64,000 nt of DNA from a virus, in the IMG/VR virus record IMGVR_UViG_3300042879_004946, positions 1 through 64,000 of that record. One strand, 5' to 3'. Below, piece by piece: positions 28,418 through 36,968 of the stretch (the stretch's first letter is position 1; every line of letters begins with the position of its first letter). A program made the translations under genes and the position numbers. The notes under the pieces were generated by a model. It made no database searches, was not told the origin of the DNA, and was given only the letters and a program-made list of their open reading frames with translations.

Positions 28418-29563
28418 ATGACTTTAGTAATAGATGATATCGAAAAGGAAAAAGTTTTCCGTCAAATCAGACATAGGTTAGGTGCTCCACTTAGAAAAAT
28501 AGAATTATCCGATGAACAACTTTGTACTTTATTGGAAATTGCTATCGAAGATCATTCGGCCTACATAAATGAATGGTTGATAGAGGCACAATGGTCTTCT
28601 TTAGATAATATAAATTTAAACACAACAGATTTAACCAAGGCATTAACAACCAGAGGTCAGGATTATGAGGATAGTTTTACTTATGCGTATTCTAAAATTG
28701 TTGGTTTACAAGCTAGAGGCCCTTGGGAGCTAAAACAAGATTATGTGGTTTTAAATGACCACCAACAAGTGTATCAAATACCAGCTGGTCGTGAGGTAAG
28801 TGAAGTACTTTATTTCCAACCGCCAACTGTAGATTACGCTTTATATTCTAATTATGGTTTTGGTGATTATGGTTTTGGTGGTGGTGTTGCTCAATTACCT
28901 TATGGTGCTGCTGGTGGTGGTTTTGGATACGGTGGTTTTTATTTGGCACCAGCTTTTGATATTGTATTAAGAAACTCAGATTATAATTTAAAACAAAGAT
29001 TAGTTAGTTCAGAATTAATCTATTGGATTACGGCAGGCCCTAACGGTACTAAATTTTTACATTTAGCACCACCTCCAGGTAGTCGTTTAGCTTTTGGACG
29101 TGGTGGTTTTGCCGGAGGTAATTCCATCAATGTTGCCGGTAGTCGAGTTTGGTATTGGTATTACGAAACAACGACGGCTGAAGATCGTTTACGTTGTTTA
29201 AACGCAAATAAAGATATTGTAAAATTACCTTCTGACGTTCCGATTGATGTTGTTAATTTTACAGAATTAAACACACCATCAAAACAATGGGTCAGAGATT
29301 ATTTTACTGCCTTATGTAAAGAAACTTTAGGTAGGGTTCGTGGAAAATTTGGTGGTGTTTTGGGTGTTGCTGACGCTGAGGTTACAATGGATTATGAATC
29401 TTTATTGTCAGAATCCAAGGAAGATAAGGAGAAGTTGATGACACGTCTTAATGAAAGACTAGAAAGATTACGTCCGGATAACATGTTGACCAGAAAGGCA
29501 ACAGAGGCTGAACAATTAAATAAAATGTTACAATACAGACCTTTAGGTTTTACAGTTATATAA
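28418..29563 (+). CDS. Neck protein (T4 gp13-like head-tail adaptor)
   Basis: RLGAP..KIELSDEQL N-terminus; WVRDYFTALCKETLGRVRGKF C-terminal motif. Confidence 0.7.
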   Translation: MTLVIDDIEKEKVFRQIRHRLGAPLRKIELSDEQLCTLLEIAIEDHSAYINEWLIEAQWSSLDNINLNTTDLTKALTTRGQDYEDSFTYAYSKIVGLQARGPWELKQDYVVLNDHQQVYQIPAGREVSEVLYFQPPTVDYALYSNYGFGDYGFGGGVAQLPYGAAGGGFGYGGFYLAPAFDIVLRNSDYNLKQRLVSSELIYWITAGPNGTKFLHLAPPPGSRLAFGRGGFAGGNSINVAGSRVWYWYYETTTAEDRLRCLNANKDIVKLPSDVPIDVVNFTELNTPSKQWVRDYFTALCKETLGRVRGKFGGVLGVADAEVTMDYESLLSESKEDKEKLMTRLNERLERLRPDNMLTRKATEAEQLNKMLQYRPLGFTVI

Positions 29564-29564
29564 A

Positions 29565-31862
29565 ATGGCACAATTTTTTACTCGCCCAAACATAGAAGAT
29601 AGAACCATGGTACAATACAGTTCAATGGTAATTAATTTATCAGGAACTACGGCAATCGCAAACCCTGGGTATTTAAAAATTAACCAAGGTGCGGCACCAG
29701 GTTTAGTTGCAACATCTTTAGATTTTGATGGTACCGTTGTTTGGGGCCCAGTTAGTGGTTTAAGTTGGTCGATATCAGCTTGCACCTCACCCTTATACGT
29801 TAATAATATTGTTGCATGTCCGTCATCAGCTGGTACCATTGTGGTACAATCTGGAATCTTAACGGTTAACGGGGCTTTACAATTAAACCCAACATTATCA
29901 GGTGGTACCGCTGGTGACCGTCTTTTAGTTATAGATAGTAATGGTTATGTTAAAGTTGGTCAAACAGGTACTTCTATAAGTTCTTTAAGTTATAACAATA
30001 ACAACTTAACCTTAACCTTAAACGATGGTAGTATTTTTACTGCAACCATTAACACAATGACAGGATTAACTATTAATGGCAATTTAACCGTTAGTGGTAA
30101 CACAAGAATTGTTGGTAATACTTCTGTAATTGGTAATTTAAATGTTACTGGTAATACTTCTATTAACGGTTCAGTAAGTGCGACAACTTATTATGGTGAT
30201 GGTTCTAATTTAACAGGTATTCCTGACTACTACGTGACTGGTGGTACTTTTGGTGGTAATGTTTTAACTTTAAATCGCCAAAACGGTTCTGTCACGATTG
30301 CAGGTTTTACCGGTTTTACTGATAATTTTGTAACTGGTGGTACTTATAATTATAGTACCGGAACTTTAACATTAAACAGGCAAAACGGTTCTCTTTCAGT
30401 TTCTGGTTTAAGTTTTACAGGCAACACTTTAGGTACTTGTATTACTGATATATACGTTCAAAATTTATATGGTTGTAGTAATCCTATAACAATAGGGAGT
30501 TCACTTAAAAGTTCTGCAGGTGGCTCTACCGCGGCAGGAACATCAGCTTTTGCTTTCGGTAACAATGTTGCTGCGACAGGTAACTTTTCCATGGCTCAAG
30601 GTAATGGAACATCAACTGCTGGTGGAACATATGCTCATGCAGAAGGTGCTAATACAACCGCTAGTGGGTTAGGTTCTCACGCAGAGGGGTTATCAACAAC
30701 ATCATCAGGTCAATATGCACATGCTGAAGGTAGAGGGACTGTTGCATCAGGAAACTATTCACACGCACAAGGGTTATTTACAAACGCAACAACAGAAGGA
30801 ACTTTTGCATCAGGTTCAGGTTCAACCGCATCGGGAGCAAATTCTTTTATCCATTCAGTTGGATCAACGGTTTCTGGTAATAGGTCAGTTGTTTTAGGTG
30901 GTTTTGGAATAAACGGAACATCAAATGATTTTGTTTATGTCCCAAGTTTAAACATTAACACAACACCAACAAATAATGATTCAAATGCTCAAATTTTATC
31001 AAGAAATTCTAGTACCGGTAATATTGAATATACTAATCTATCTTTATTAACCGCTTATACTGATACTTTTGTAACCGGTTTTACTTATAACAATGCAAAC
31101 AGGTTAACAATAAGTAGAAACGGGAGTCAACCTGATTTAACGGTTAATATTAACAGATTAACTGGATTAACTGTTACAAACGGTTTATCCGCAGATACCT
31201 TAACATTAACCACAATGGCGGTAACTGCAAGTACTAGCACCCAAGCTTTAGTTAGAAATACAACAACTGGTGTTGTTGAAAGTCGACCATTTGGTTTGGA
31301 AAGTATTATTCTTGTAACTTCAGCTTCAACCATACCAATAGCAGGCGTTGGGCCAAGTTTCGATTCGATTAAAGGCATACCACAAGGCCAAGTTATTACG
31401 GGTTATACCACTATATATAGTAACAATGTTTCCCAATCCGGACCAACAGTAAACACTAACTTTGGTACATATGATAATACAACAGGTTTATTTACGACAA
31501 ATGTGAATGCGACTTTAATGTTAAACGCATATATACATTTAAAACCAGACACTAGCACATCAACCGCGTGGTCACTTTCGGGGACTGGTGAATTTGGTAT
31601 TGGTATTTGTCCTAATAACGCAACTGATATTTATGTTGGTGATTATCAAACAATAATCCCTGACCCTGATACGGCACAATATGTTTATGAATTGTATGGA
31701 GCAAACGCACCAAGAACAAATCAAATAGATATCAGTATTAGCACTGTAATTTACGCAGCTTCTAATTCTAGTTTTAGAGTTAAAGTTTTAAATAAAACTG
31801 ATAGAAATTATACTGGTGTTCAAGGTGACGGTATCAGATTTTCAATAACAAGAATAATGTAA
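29565..31862 (+). CDS. Tail fibre-like protein, paralog 2
   Basis: VTGGT..LTLNRQNG and (S/A)HAEG repeats shared with 19476-24926. Confidence 0.7.
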   Translation: MAQFFTRPNIEDRTMVQYSSMVINLSGTTAIANPGYLKINQGAAPGLVATSLDFDGTVVWGPVSGLSWSISACTSPLYVNNIVACPSSAGTIVVQSGILTVNGALQLNPTLSGGTAGDRLLVIDSNGYVKVGQTGTSISSLSYNNNNLTLTLNDGSIFTATINTMTGLTINGNLTVSGNTRIVGNTSVIGNLNVTGNTSINGSVSATTYYGDGSNLTGIPDYYVTGGTFGGNVLTLNRQNGSVTIAGFTGFTDNFVTGGTYNYSTGTLTLNRQNGSLSVSGLSFTGNTLGTCITDIYVQNLYGCSNPITIGSSLKSSAGGSTAAGTSAFAFGNNVAATGNFSMAQGNGTSTAGGTYAHAEGANTTASGLGSHAEGLSTTSSGQYAHAEGRGTVASGNYSHAQGLFTNATTEGTFASGSGSTASGANSFIHSVGSTVSGNRSVVLGGFGINGTSNDFVYVPSLNINTTPTNNDSNAQILSRNSSTGNIEYTNLSLLTAYTDTFVTGFTYNNANRLTISRNGSQPDLTVNINRLTGLTVTNGLSADTLTLTTMAVTASTSTQALVRNTTTGVVESRPFGLESIILVTSASTIPIAGVGPSFDSIKGIPQGQVITGYTTIYSNNVSQSGPTVNTNFGTYDNTTGLFTTNVNATLMLNAYIHLKPDTSTSTAWSLSGTGEFGIGICPNNATDIYVGDYQTIIPDPDTAQYVYELYGANAPRTNQIDISISTVIYAASNSSFRVKVLNKTDRNYTGVQGDGIRFSITRIM

Positions 31863-31877
31863 AAAATATAATATAAA

Positions 31878-33911
31878 ATGTCATTAAATTTAAGAAGTTC
31901 AGGAACCCCTTTAACACAACCACAATTAGATAGTAATTTTACTTTTCTTTTTGGTAGAGATATTACTGGGACAACTGTATCTGGAAATACGGTTTTTTTA
32001 AATAAACAAAATGGTACAAGTTTTAGTTTTAATATACCTTCTTTTACAGGAAACACTTCAGCTTCTTGTATAAATGATTTATATGTTAGTAACATTCACG
32101 GATGTTCACCAATAACAATTCATGATTCTATTCAAAGTGTTGGTTCTTTCGCAAATGGTTTTCGTAGTTTTGCTTTTGGTGATGATGATAATACAGCTAG
32201 TGGTGATTTTTCTTTTGCAATTGGTGAGACTACAATAGCAAGTGGTAATTCTTCACACGCGGAAGGTGTAAGTACAACAGCAATTGGTTATGGTTCTCAT
32301 ACAGAAGGCAATAGCACAGAAGCTATTGGTAATTATTCACACGCGGAAGGTGAAGGTACAACATCGAATGGCATATCTTCACACGCGGAAGGTTTTACTA
32401 CAACAGCAACTGGTGATTATTCACATGCGGAAGGATCGACAACACTAACCACTGGTGCTTATTCTCACGCAGAGGGTAGGGGTACTAAAACAGAAGGTGA
32501 TTATTCACATGCAGAAGGTGAAAATACGATAGCAACCGGTGAAAGATCACACGCGGAAGGTCGTGATACGCGGTCACTTGGTTGGTGGTCACACGCAGAA
32601 GGATCTGGGTCTTATACTGGTGTATATGGTTATACAGTCACAAACACAACAAACGGTGTAATCACGTTAGATTCTACCTATGGTAATGTTGTGTCACAGT
32701 TTACCGGTATGACTTATGTTATGACTAACGCTTCAGGGATGTATGGTACAATAAGTGGGACACCGACTTTTGATGGTACTAATACAATAGTATATATAAA
32801 TGAAACTGATGGTGGAGAAACGATAATAGCACCAATGGAAAATCCACAAGCTGAATCGGCCGACCAAATATTAGGCGGTTATTATTCACATGCGGAAGGT
32901 CAAGGCGCAATAGCACGTGGTGACTATTCACATGCGGAAGGAGGGCTTCAATCTTTTTCATCCCCAGGAGGTGGTACAATATTTACAAGAACAGTTGCCA
33001 ATGGATCTTATTCACACGCAGAAGGTATTGCAACTAAAGCTTTAGGTAATAGTTCACATTCACAAGGTATTTTAACAGAGGCTATTGGTACCTATTCATT
33101 TGCGTCAGGAAGTAATTCAAAAGCTTATGGGTTCACTTCCTTCATACACTCAACTGATTCTATCTTAACTAGTGGTGCAACAAATTCGGTTTTATTGGGC
33201 GGTCAAAACATCACGGGTTCATCAAGTAATACTGTTTATGTTCCGAATTTAAATATTAATTACCAACCAAACACACATACAGGTACAACTTCGCAAGTTT
33301 TGGTTAGAGACAGTGTTACAGGTAATGTTGAAGTTAAAAATATTGGAAATGTTTATTATTGTGCTTTATTTATAAATTCTAGTAGTCAACCACCTGCAGG
33401 TATTATACCGTCGGTAACAATAGCTAATGGTGGTATCGCTGATAGAGGTAAAAGAATTACTGGTTTTACACAGATAGTATCAAATGGTGTTGTCTCTAAT
33501 TCAACGGGAGTAGGTAATTATGTGACATCACCACCAAGTTGTAGTTTCGGTACTTTTAATAATAATAGTGGAGTTTTTAGTATAACACAAGCAGGTCTTT
33601 ATCTTATTGAAGGATCGATACATCTTAAATCGGATAATGATTCTTCTGTTTATTGGCAATCAGTTTCGGCAGGTACTTTTGGTTTAGGTATTCACCCGGC
33701 AAATGATACTGATATTTATGCAGGAAATTATATGGCAGTATTACCTAATGTACAATCAGAAATTGATGTAACAGTAAGTACTTTAATATATGCTGACGGT
33801 ATAAATGATTTTGTCTCTCTAAAACATTTAAATTGGACTAATAGAAGTTATAACGGTACAGTTTACACTAGTAGTGATGGCATCAGGTTTTCAATAACAA
33901 AAGTGTATTAA
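31878..33911 (+). CDS. Tail fibre-like protein, paralog 3
   Basis: About 12 SHAEG-type repeats; FTGNTSASC..LYVSN.HGCSPIT module; C-terminal domain similar to 29565-31862 (DGIRFSIT). Confidence 0.7.
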   Translation: MSLNLRSSGTPLTQPQLDSNFTFLFGRDITGTTVSGNTVFLNKQNGTSFSFNIPSFTGNTSASCINDLYVSNIHGCSPITIHDSIQSVGSFANGFRSFAFGDDDNTASGDFSFAIGETTIASGNSSHAEGVSTTAIGYGSHTEGNSTEAIGNYSHAEGEGTTSNGISSHAEGFTTTATGDYSHAEGSTTLTTGAYSHAEGRGTKTEGDYSHAEGENTIATGERSHAEGRDTRSLGWWSHAEGSGSYTGVYGYTVTNTTNGVITLDSTYGNVVSQFTGMTYVMTNASGMYGTISGTPTFDGTNTIVYINETDGGETIIAPMENPQAESADQILGGYYSHAEGQGAIARGDYSHAEGGLQSFSSPGGGTIFTRTVANGSYSHAEGIATKALGNSSHSQGILTEAIGTYSFASGSNSKAYGFTSFIHSTDSILTSGATNSVLLGGQNITGSSSNTVYVPNLNINYQPNTHTGTTSQVLVRDSVTGNVEVKNIGNVYYCALFINSSSQPPAGIIPSVTIANGGIADRGKRITGFTQIVSNGVVSNSTGVGNYVTSPPSCSFGTFNNNSGVFSITQAGLYLIEGSIHLKSDNDSSVYWQSVSAGTFGLGIHPANDTDIYAGNYMAVLPNVQSEIDVTVSTLIYADGINDFVSLKHLNWTNRSYNGTVYTSSDGIRFSITKVY

Positions 33912-35689
33912 TGGACATAAAAAACAACTATTATTTTAAAAATTTTGAAACCATAAATTTGGTTTACAATGAATATTGGGATTTTAATCTTGCGAACGAC
34001 AAAACTGGTGATTTTATTCCTTATGCCATTAATTGTAAAGATAGTTGTGGTCATGTGATTATAACGGATGGTTTGGTTGCATGGTTTGATATTAACAACA
34101 GTGGTACCACAACGTCAAGTTATAGTTTGACTTCTTTAGTAGAATGGTCAGGTTATACCTTGACACCTTCTAGTGGTTTTACCTTAAATGATTGGGGGTT
34201 AACGGGGGTTGATAACGGTAGAACTGATTGTTTATCAGGAAAAACTTTAACTATAACATCAGCAGATACTAGATTAGTTTTATACGCTGTTACTGGTTAT
34301 AGTATTACATATAATTCAGAATCTGGTTGTACAGTTGGCCCTGGAATTTATACCTATCCATATGAAACTCATTATAATGTAGAAGCTTTAGGTGGTTGTC
34401 CCGTTGGTGATACTGTTTGTTTAAACGGTGGTTTTTACCAAGGGTTTTTTAAATTAGATAACGACAAGCCATCACCAATTAACGAATTAAGTGTTGATCC
34501 TTGTTGTCAAAGTGGATATACCTTAACTTCAACTTCTGGATATACAAAATGGCAAGTAATGCCAACAGAATTTCCAAATGGCTGGTCAATGGAGACTTGG
34601 ATTAAATGGGATAACTCTTATTGTTCTTCAGGGAATACATCAGGTCTTACTTTAAATGATAATTTCACAGGAAACACTAATTTCTTTTTTTATATTGGTA
34701 CACGAGCAGAAAATAAATTTTGGAATGATTTTTCAGGTGAAACAGGATATACGACTACCACTGGTATTCCATTACAAAGAACCGCTTCTTTAGAATACGA
34801 GGAAAAAGTAGTAGAACCAAATAGTGGCGTTAGTTGGTTTACCAGAAATACTAGTTGTAGTTGTGGTTGTCAGGTTACTTGTGATGTTTGTGGTACTGTT
34901 ACCACAGGGTATGTTGACCCAAGTTATATTTCAGGTGGTCAAAACTGGTTTTCTCAGGGCAGTAGTCAAATAGCAACTTGTTGTAGCGTTTGTAACACGC
35001 CAGTATTAAATTCGGTAGTTACTGGTTATAGTTATAATTATTGTGACCAGTTATCAGAAAACGCTTTAGGTTTTAGAATTACAAATGATGGTCGAATTGG
35101 TTACCGTAAGATGACAGTTACGGGTGATTGTTATAATAATAAATTTTTAATAACTGGAACCGTTATGGAAGAAGGTTATTCTGACGCAAATATTATGCCA
35201 ACAGGAAACACATGGACGCATGTTGTAGTGACTTATATTGAGGGTGGTTCTAAATATGGTTTGCCGGCAGGTACTTTAACTTTTTGGGTTGATGGTTTGG
35301 CAAAATATAAAGTTTATGATTTTATTGGCTTACAATTACGTGCTTTAAACGAATGGAGTGATAAACAAATAGGTGTACCTTTTAATATGAGTTGGGGTGG
35401 TGGTACACAAGGTCTAACAGAAAGTCAAACATTTGGTGGTCCAGACCCAGCTGATAAAAATTTAGATATTGAAAAATACTTTGCAGGAACTTTTGAAGGT
35501 GAGTTATCACAATTACGTTTTTATGAAAAGGCTTTAAATGTTTTAGAAATTAGAAATAACTTTTTTGTTGATTGTCGAAGATATTGTAAAGACAATACTT
35601 TTGGCGGTGCACAAATTGTACAACCAGGAAACAATAACTGTGGTAGTTGTAAAAGTCCACTACCACCTTATATCATAATACCATGTTGA
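33911..35689 (+). CDS. Cys-rich structural protein with LamG/concanavalin-like domain
   Basis: WSMETWIK, WTHVVVTY, FWVDG, FEGELSQLRFYEKAL. Confidence 0.65.
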   Translation: MDIKNNYYFKNFETINLVYNEYWDFNLANDKTGDFIPYAINCKDSCGHVIITDGLVAWFDINNSGTTTSSYSLTSLVEWSGYTLTPSSGFTLNDWGLTGVDNGRTDCLSGKTLTITSADTRLVLYAVTGYSITYNSESGCTVGPGIYTYPYETHYNVEALGGCPVGDTVCLNGGFYQGFFKLDNDKPSPINELSVDPCCQSGYTLTSTSGYTKWQVMPTEFPNGWSMETWIKWDNSYCSSGNTSGLTLNDNFTGNTNFFFYIGTRAENKFWNDFSGETGYTTTTGIPLQRTASLEYEEKVVEPNSGVSWFTRNTSCSCGCQVTCDVCGTVTTGYVDPSYISGGQNWFSQGSSQIATCCSVCNTPVLNSVVTGYSYNYCDQLSENALGFRITNDGRIGYRKMTVTGDCYNNKFLITGTVMEEGYSDANIMPTGNTWTHVVVTYIEGGSKYGLPAGTLTFWVDGLAKYKVYDFIGLQLRALNEWSDKQIGVPFNMSWGGGTQGLTESQTFGGPDPADKNLDIEKYFAGTFEGELSQLRFYEKALNVLEIRNNFFVDCRRYCKDNTFGGAQIVQPGNNNCGSCKSPLPPYIIIPC

Positions 35690-35707
35690 TGATATTTATT
35701 AACTAAG

Positions 35708-36097
35708 ATGGCACAAAATTTTTTCATTCGTAAGAACAGCACACTTCCGGTAGTTAAGTTAAAATTAACTAATGACGGTAGAAGTACCTATCGTCAAATA
35801 TATGACCGTTTAGAAAACGCTGCAATCACCTTCAGTATGATAGATGATAAAGGTAATTATAAAGTTTTTAATAAAGCAGGATTACTTTTACCCGTAGATA
35901 AGGCCCTATGTAAAGAAGATGGTGAATATTATCTAGGTTACCAATTTGACATTAAAGATGTAAACCAGGCAGGTTCTTTTAAAGCGGAATTTAGAGTTGA
36001 TTTTTTAGACAATGGTGAGAGTTTAATTGTTCCAATTAGGGAAGACTTATATATAAATGTATTAGATAGTTTTACAAAAGCTAAAATTGTATGTTAA
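35708..36097 (+). CDS. BppU-N-like (baseplate upper/Ig-like) small structural protein
   Basis: FFIRKNSTLP...YQF..DV..AGSFKAEF.V.F....IVP pattern. Confidence 0.5.
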   Translation: MAQNFFIRKNSTLPVVKLKLTNDGRSTYRQIYDRLENAAITFSMIDDKGNYKVFNKAGLLLPVDKALCKEDGEYYLGYQFDIKDVNQAGSFKAEFRVDFLDNGESLIVPIREDLYINVLDSFTKAKIVC

Positions 36098-36098
36098 A

Positions 36099-36473
36099 AT
36101 GAAAAATCTTATAAGAAAAATATTAAGGGAAGAGTTTGATGATTTTGATTGGGCAGAAGAATTGGTTGGTAACACCAAACAATTTTCACCCGCTGAAGAA
36201 TTTTTGTATGAAATTATGTCCAATTTAAAGGCGGTTCCTTCGGAAAAAAATCCAGGTTGGATGTTATATAAGGATAAAAGCGGGGTTACTTTAATGGCGG
36301 ATAGTGTGGATAGAGATAAAAAAGATCCTTATTTATGGGTTGATTATGATGAAATTTGGTTAAAATTACGTCAAAAATTTGGTCTTAACAATCAGGAAAC
36401 CAAAGACTTATGCGTGCGTATGCTGGAGATGACCCATAAACGAAAGGTATTGACAGCAGCCTTCATCGGCTAA
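36099..36473 (+). CDS. Array-linked small protein, paralog C (124 aa from ATG 36099)
   Basis: Near-identical to paralogs A and B; ends LEMTHKRKVLT-AAFIG. Confidence 0.85.
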   Translation: MKNLIRKILREEFDDFDWAEELVGNTKQFSPAEEFLYEIMSNLKAVPSEKNPGWMLYKDKSGVTLMADSVDRDKKDPYLWVDYDEIWLKLRQKFGLNNQETKDLCVRMLEMTHKRKVLTAAFIG

Positions 36474-36523
36474 ACCCTTCGTACAAAGCTGGAGATGACC
36501 CATAAACGAAAGGTATTGACCTG
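36422..36523. CRISPR. CRISPR-like mini-array 3: repeat, 30-nt spacer, degenerate repeat
   Basis: GCTGGAGATGACCCATAAACGAAAGGTATTGACAGC 36422-36457; spacer 36458-36487; repeat 36488-36523 ending GACCTG; reverse complement of the array 1/2 repeat. Confidence 0.8.
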
Positions 36524-36533
36524 ATATTTATAA
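36523..36533 (+). promoter_or_regulatory. Recurrent (G/A/T)ATATTTAT motif, candidate phage late promoter (example copy)
   Basis: Same motif shortly upstream of starts at 311, 1891, 4437, 5060, 6657, 7255, 11414, 12892, 14419, 17282, 19437, 26491, 28418, 35708, 36537, 39872, 40177. Confidence 0.65.
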
Positions 36534-36536
36534 AAT

Positions 36537-36881
36537 ATGAAAAATCTTATAAAAAAAATATTAAAAGAAGAAATCGCCACCAGCAAGAGTTTTGAAGACT
36601 TTGCTGAAAAAAGATTTAAAGGTGCGGAAAAAATCACCAATAATGCAAAAGAAAAAGGTGGTCCAGCAATGTTAACCTATCACCATTTTAGAGTTAAATT
36701 ACCTTACTATAAAAAAGCAATGGAAGGTAAATTTGATTTGGAAGAATCAAAAAAAGAATTTAAAAAATATCTAGATGAATTATGTGACTTATCTGAAAAC
36801 GTTGAAATGGGACAAGTAGAATTTCAAAAATTAGTTGGTCTTATAGAAGTTTTAGGTGAACTCATAATCAAACAAAAGTAA
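36537..36881 (+). CDS. Leader-bearing hypothetical protein
   Basis: MKNLIKKILKEE leader near-identical to the array-linked paralogs; the rest is unrelated. Confidence 0.8.
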   Translation: MKNLIKKILKEEIATSKSFEDFAEKRFKGAEKITNNAKEKGGPAMLTYHHFRVKLPYYKKAMEGKFDLEESKKEFKKYLDELCDLSENVEMGQVEFQKLVGLIEVLGELIIKQK

Positions 36882-36968
36882 TTTACTATCTCAAAATATT
36901 TCGTTATCTTTATTAAAAATTAATAACGAGTTGGTCTTACTGTACCCGTCCAAAACAGATGAAATATT

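Noticed and set aside
24460-30260. Invertible segment bounded by inverted fibre-gene homology (TTYYGDGSNLTGIPDYYVTGGT in both genes)
   Set aside because: The peptide is identical but many synonymous positions differ, which indicates old duplication under purifying selection rather than an active inversion site
1520-36523. Diversity-generating retroelement acting on the paralogs
   Set aside because: No reverse transcriptase in the window, and the differences are not limited to adenine positions
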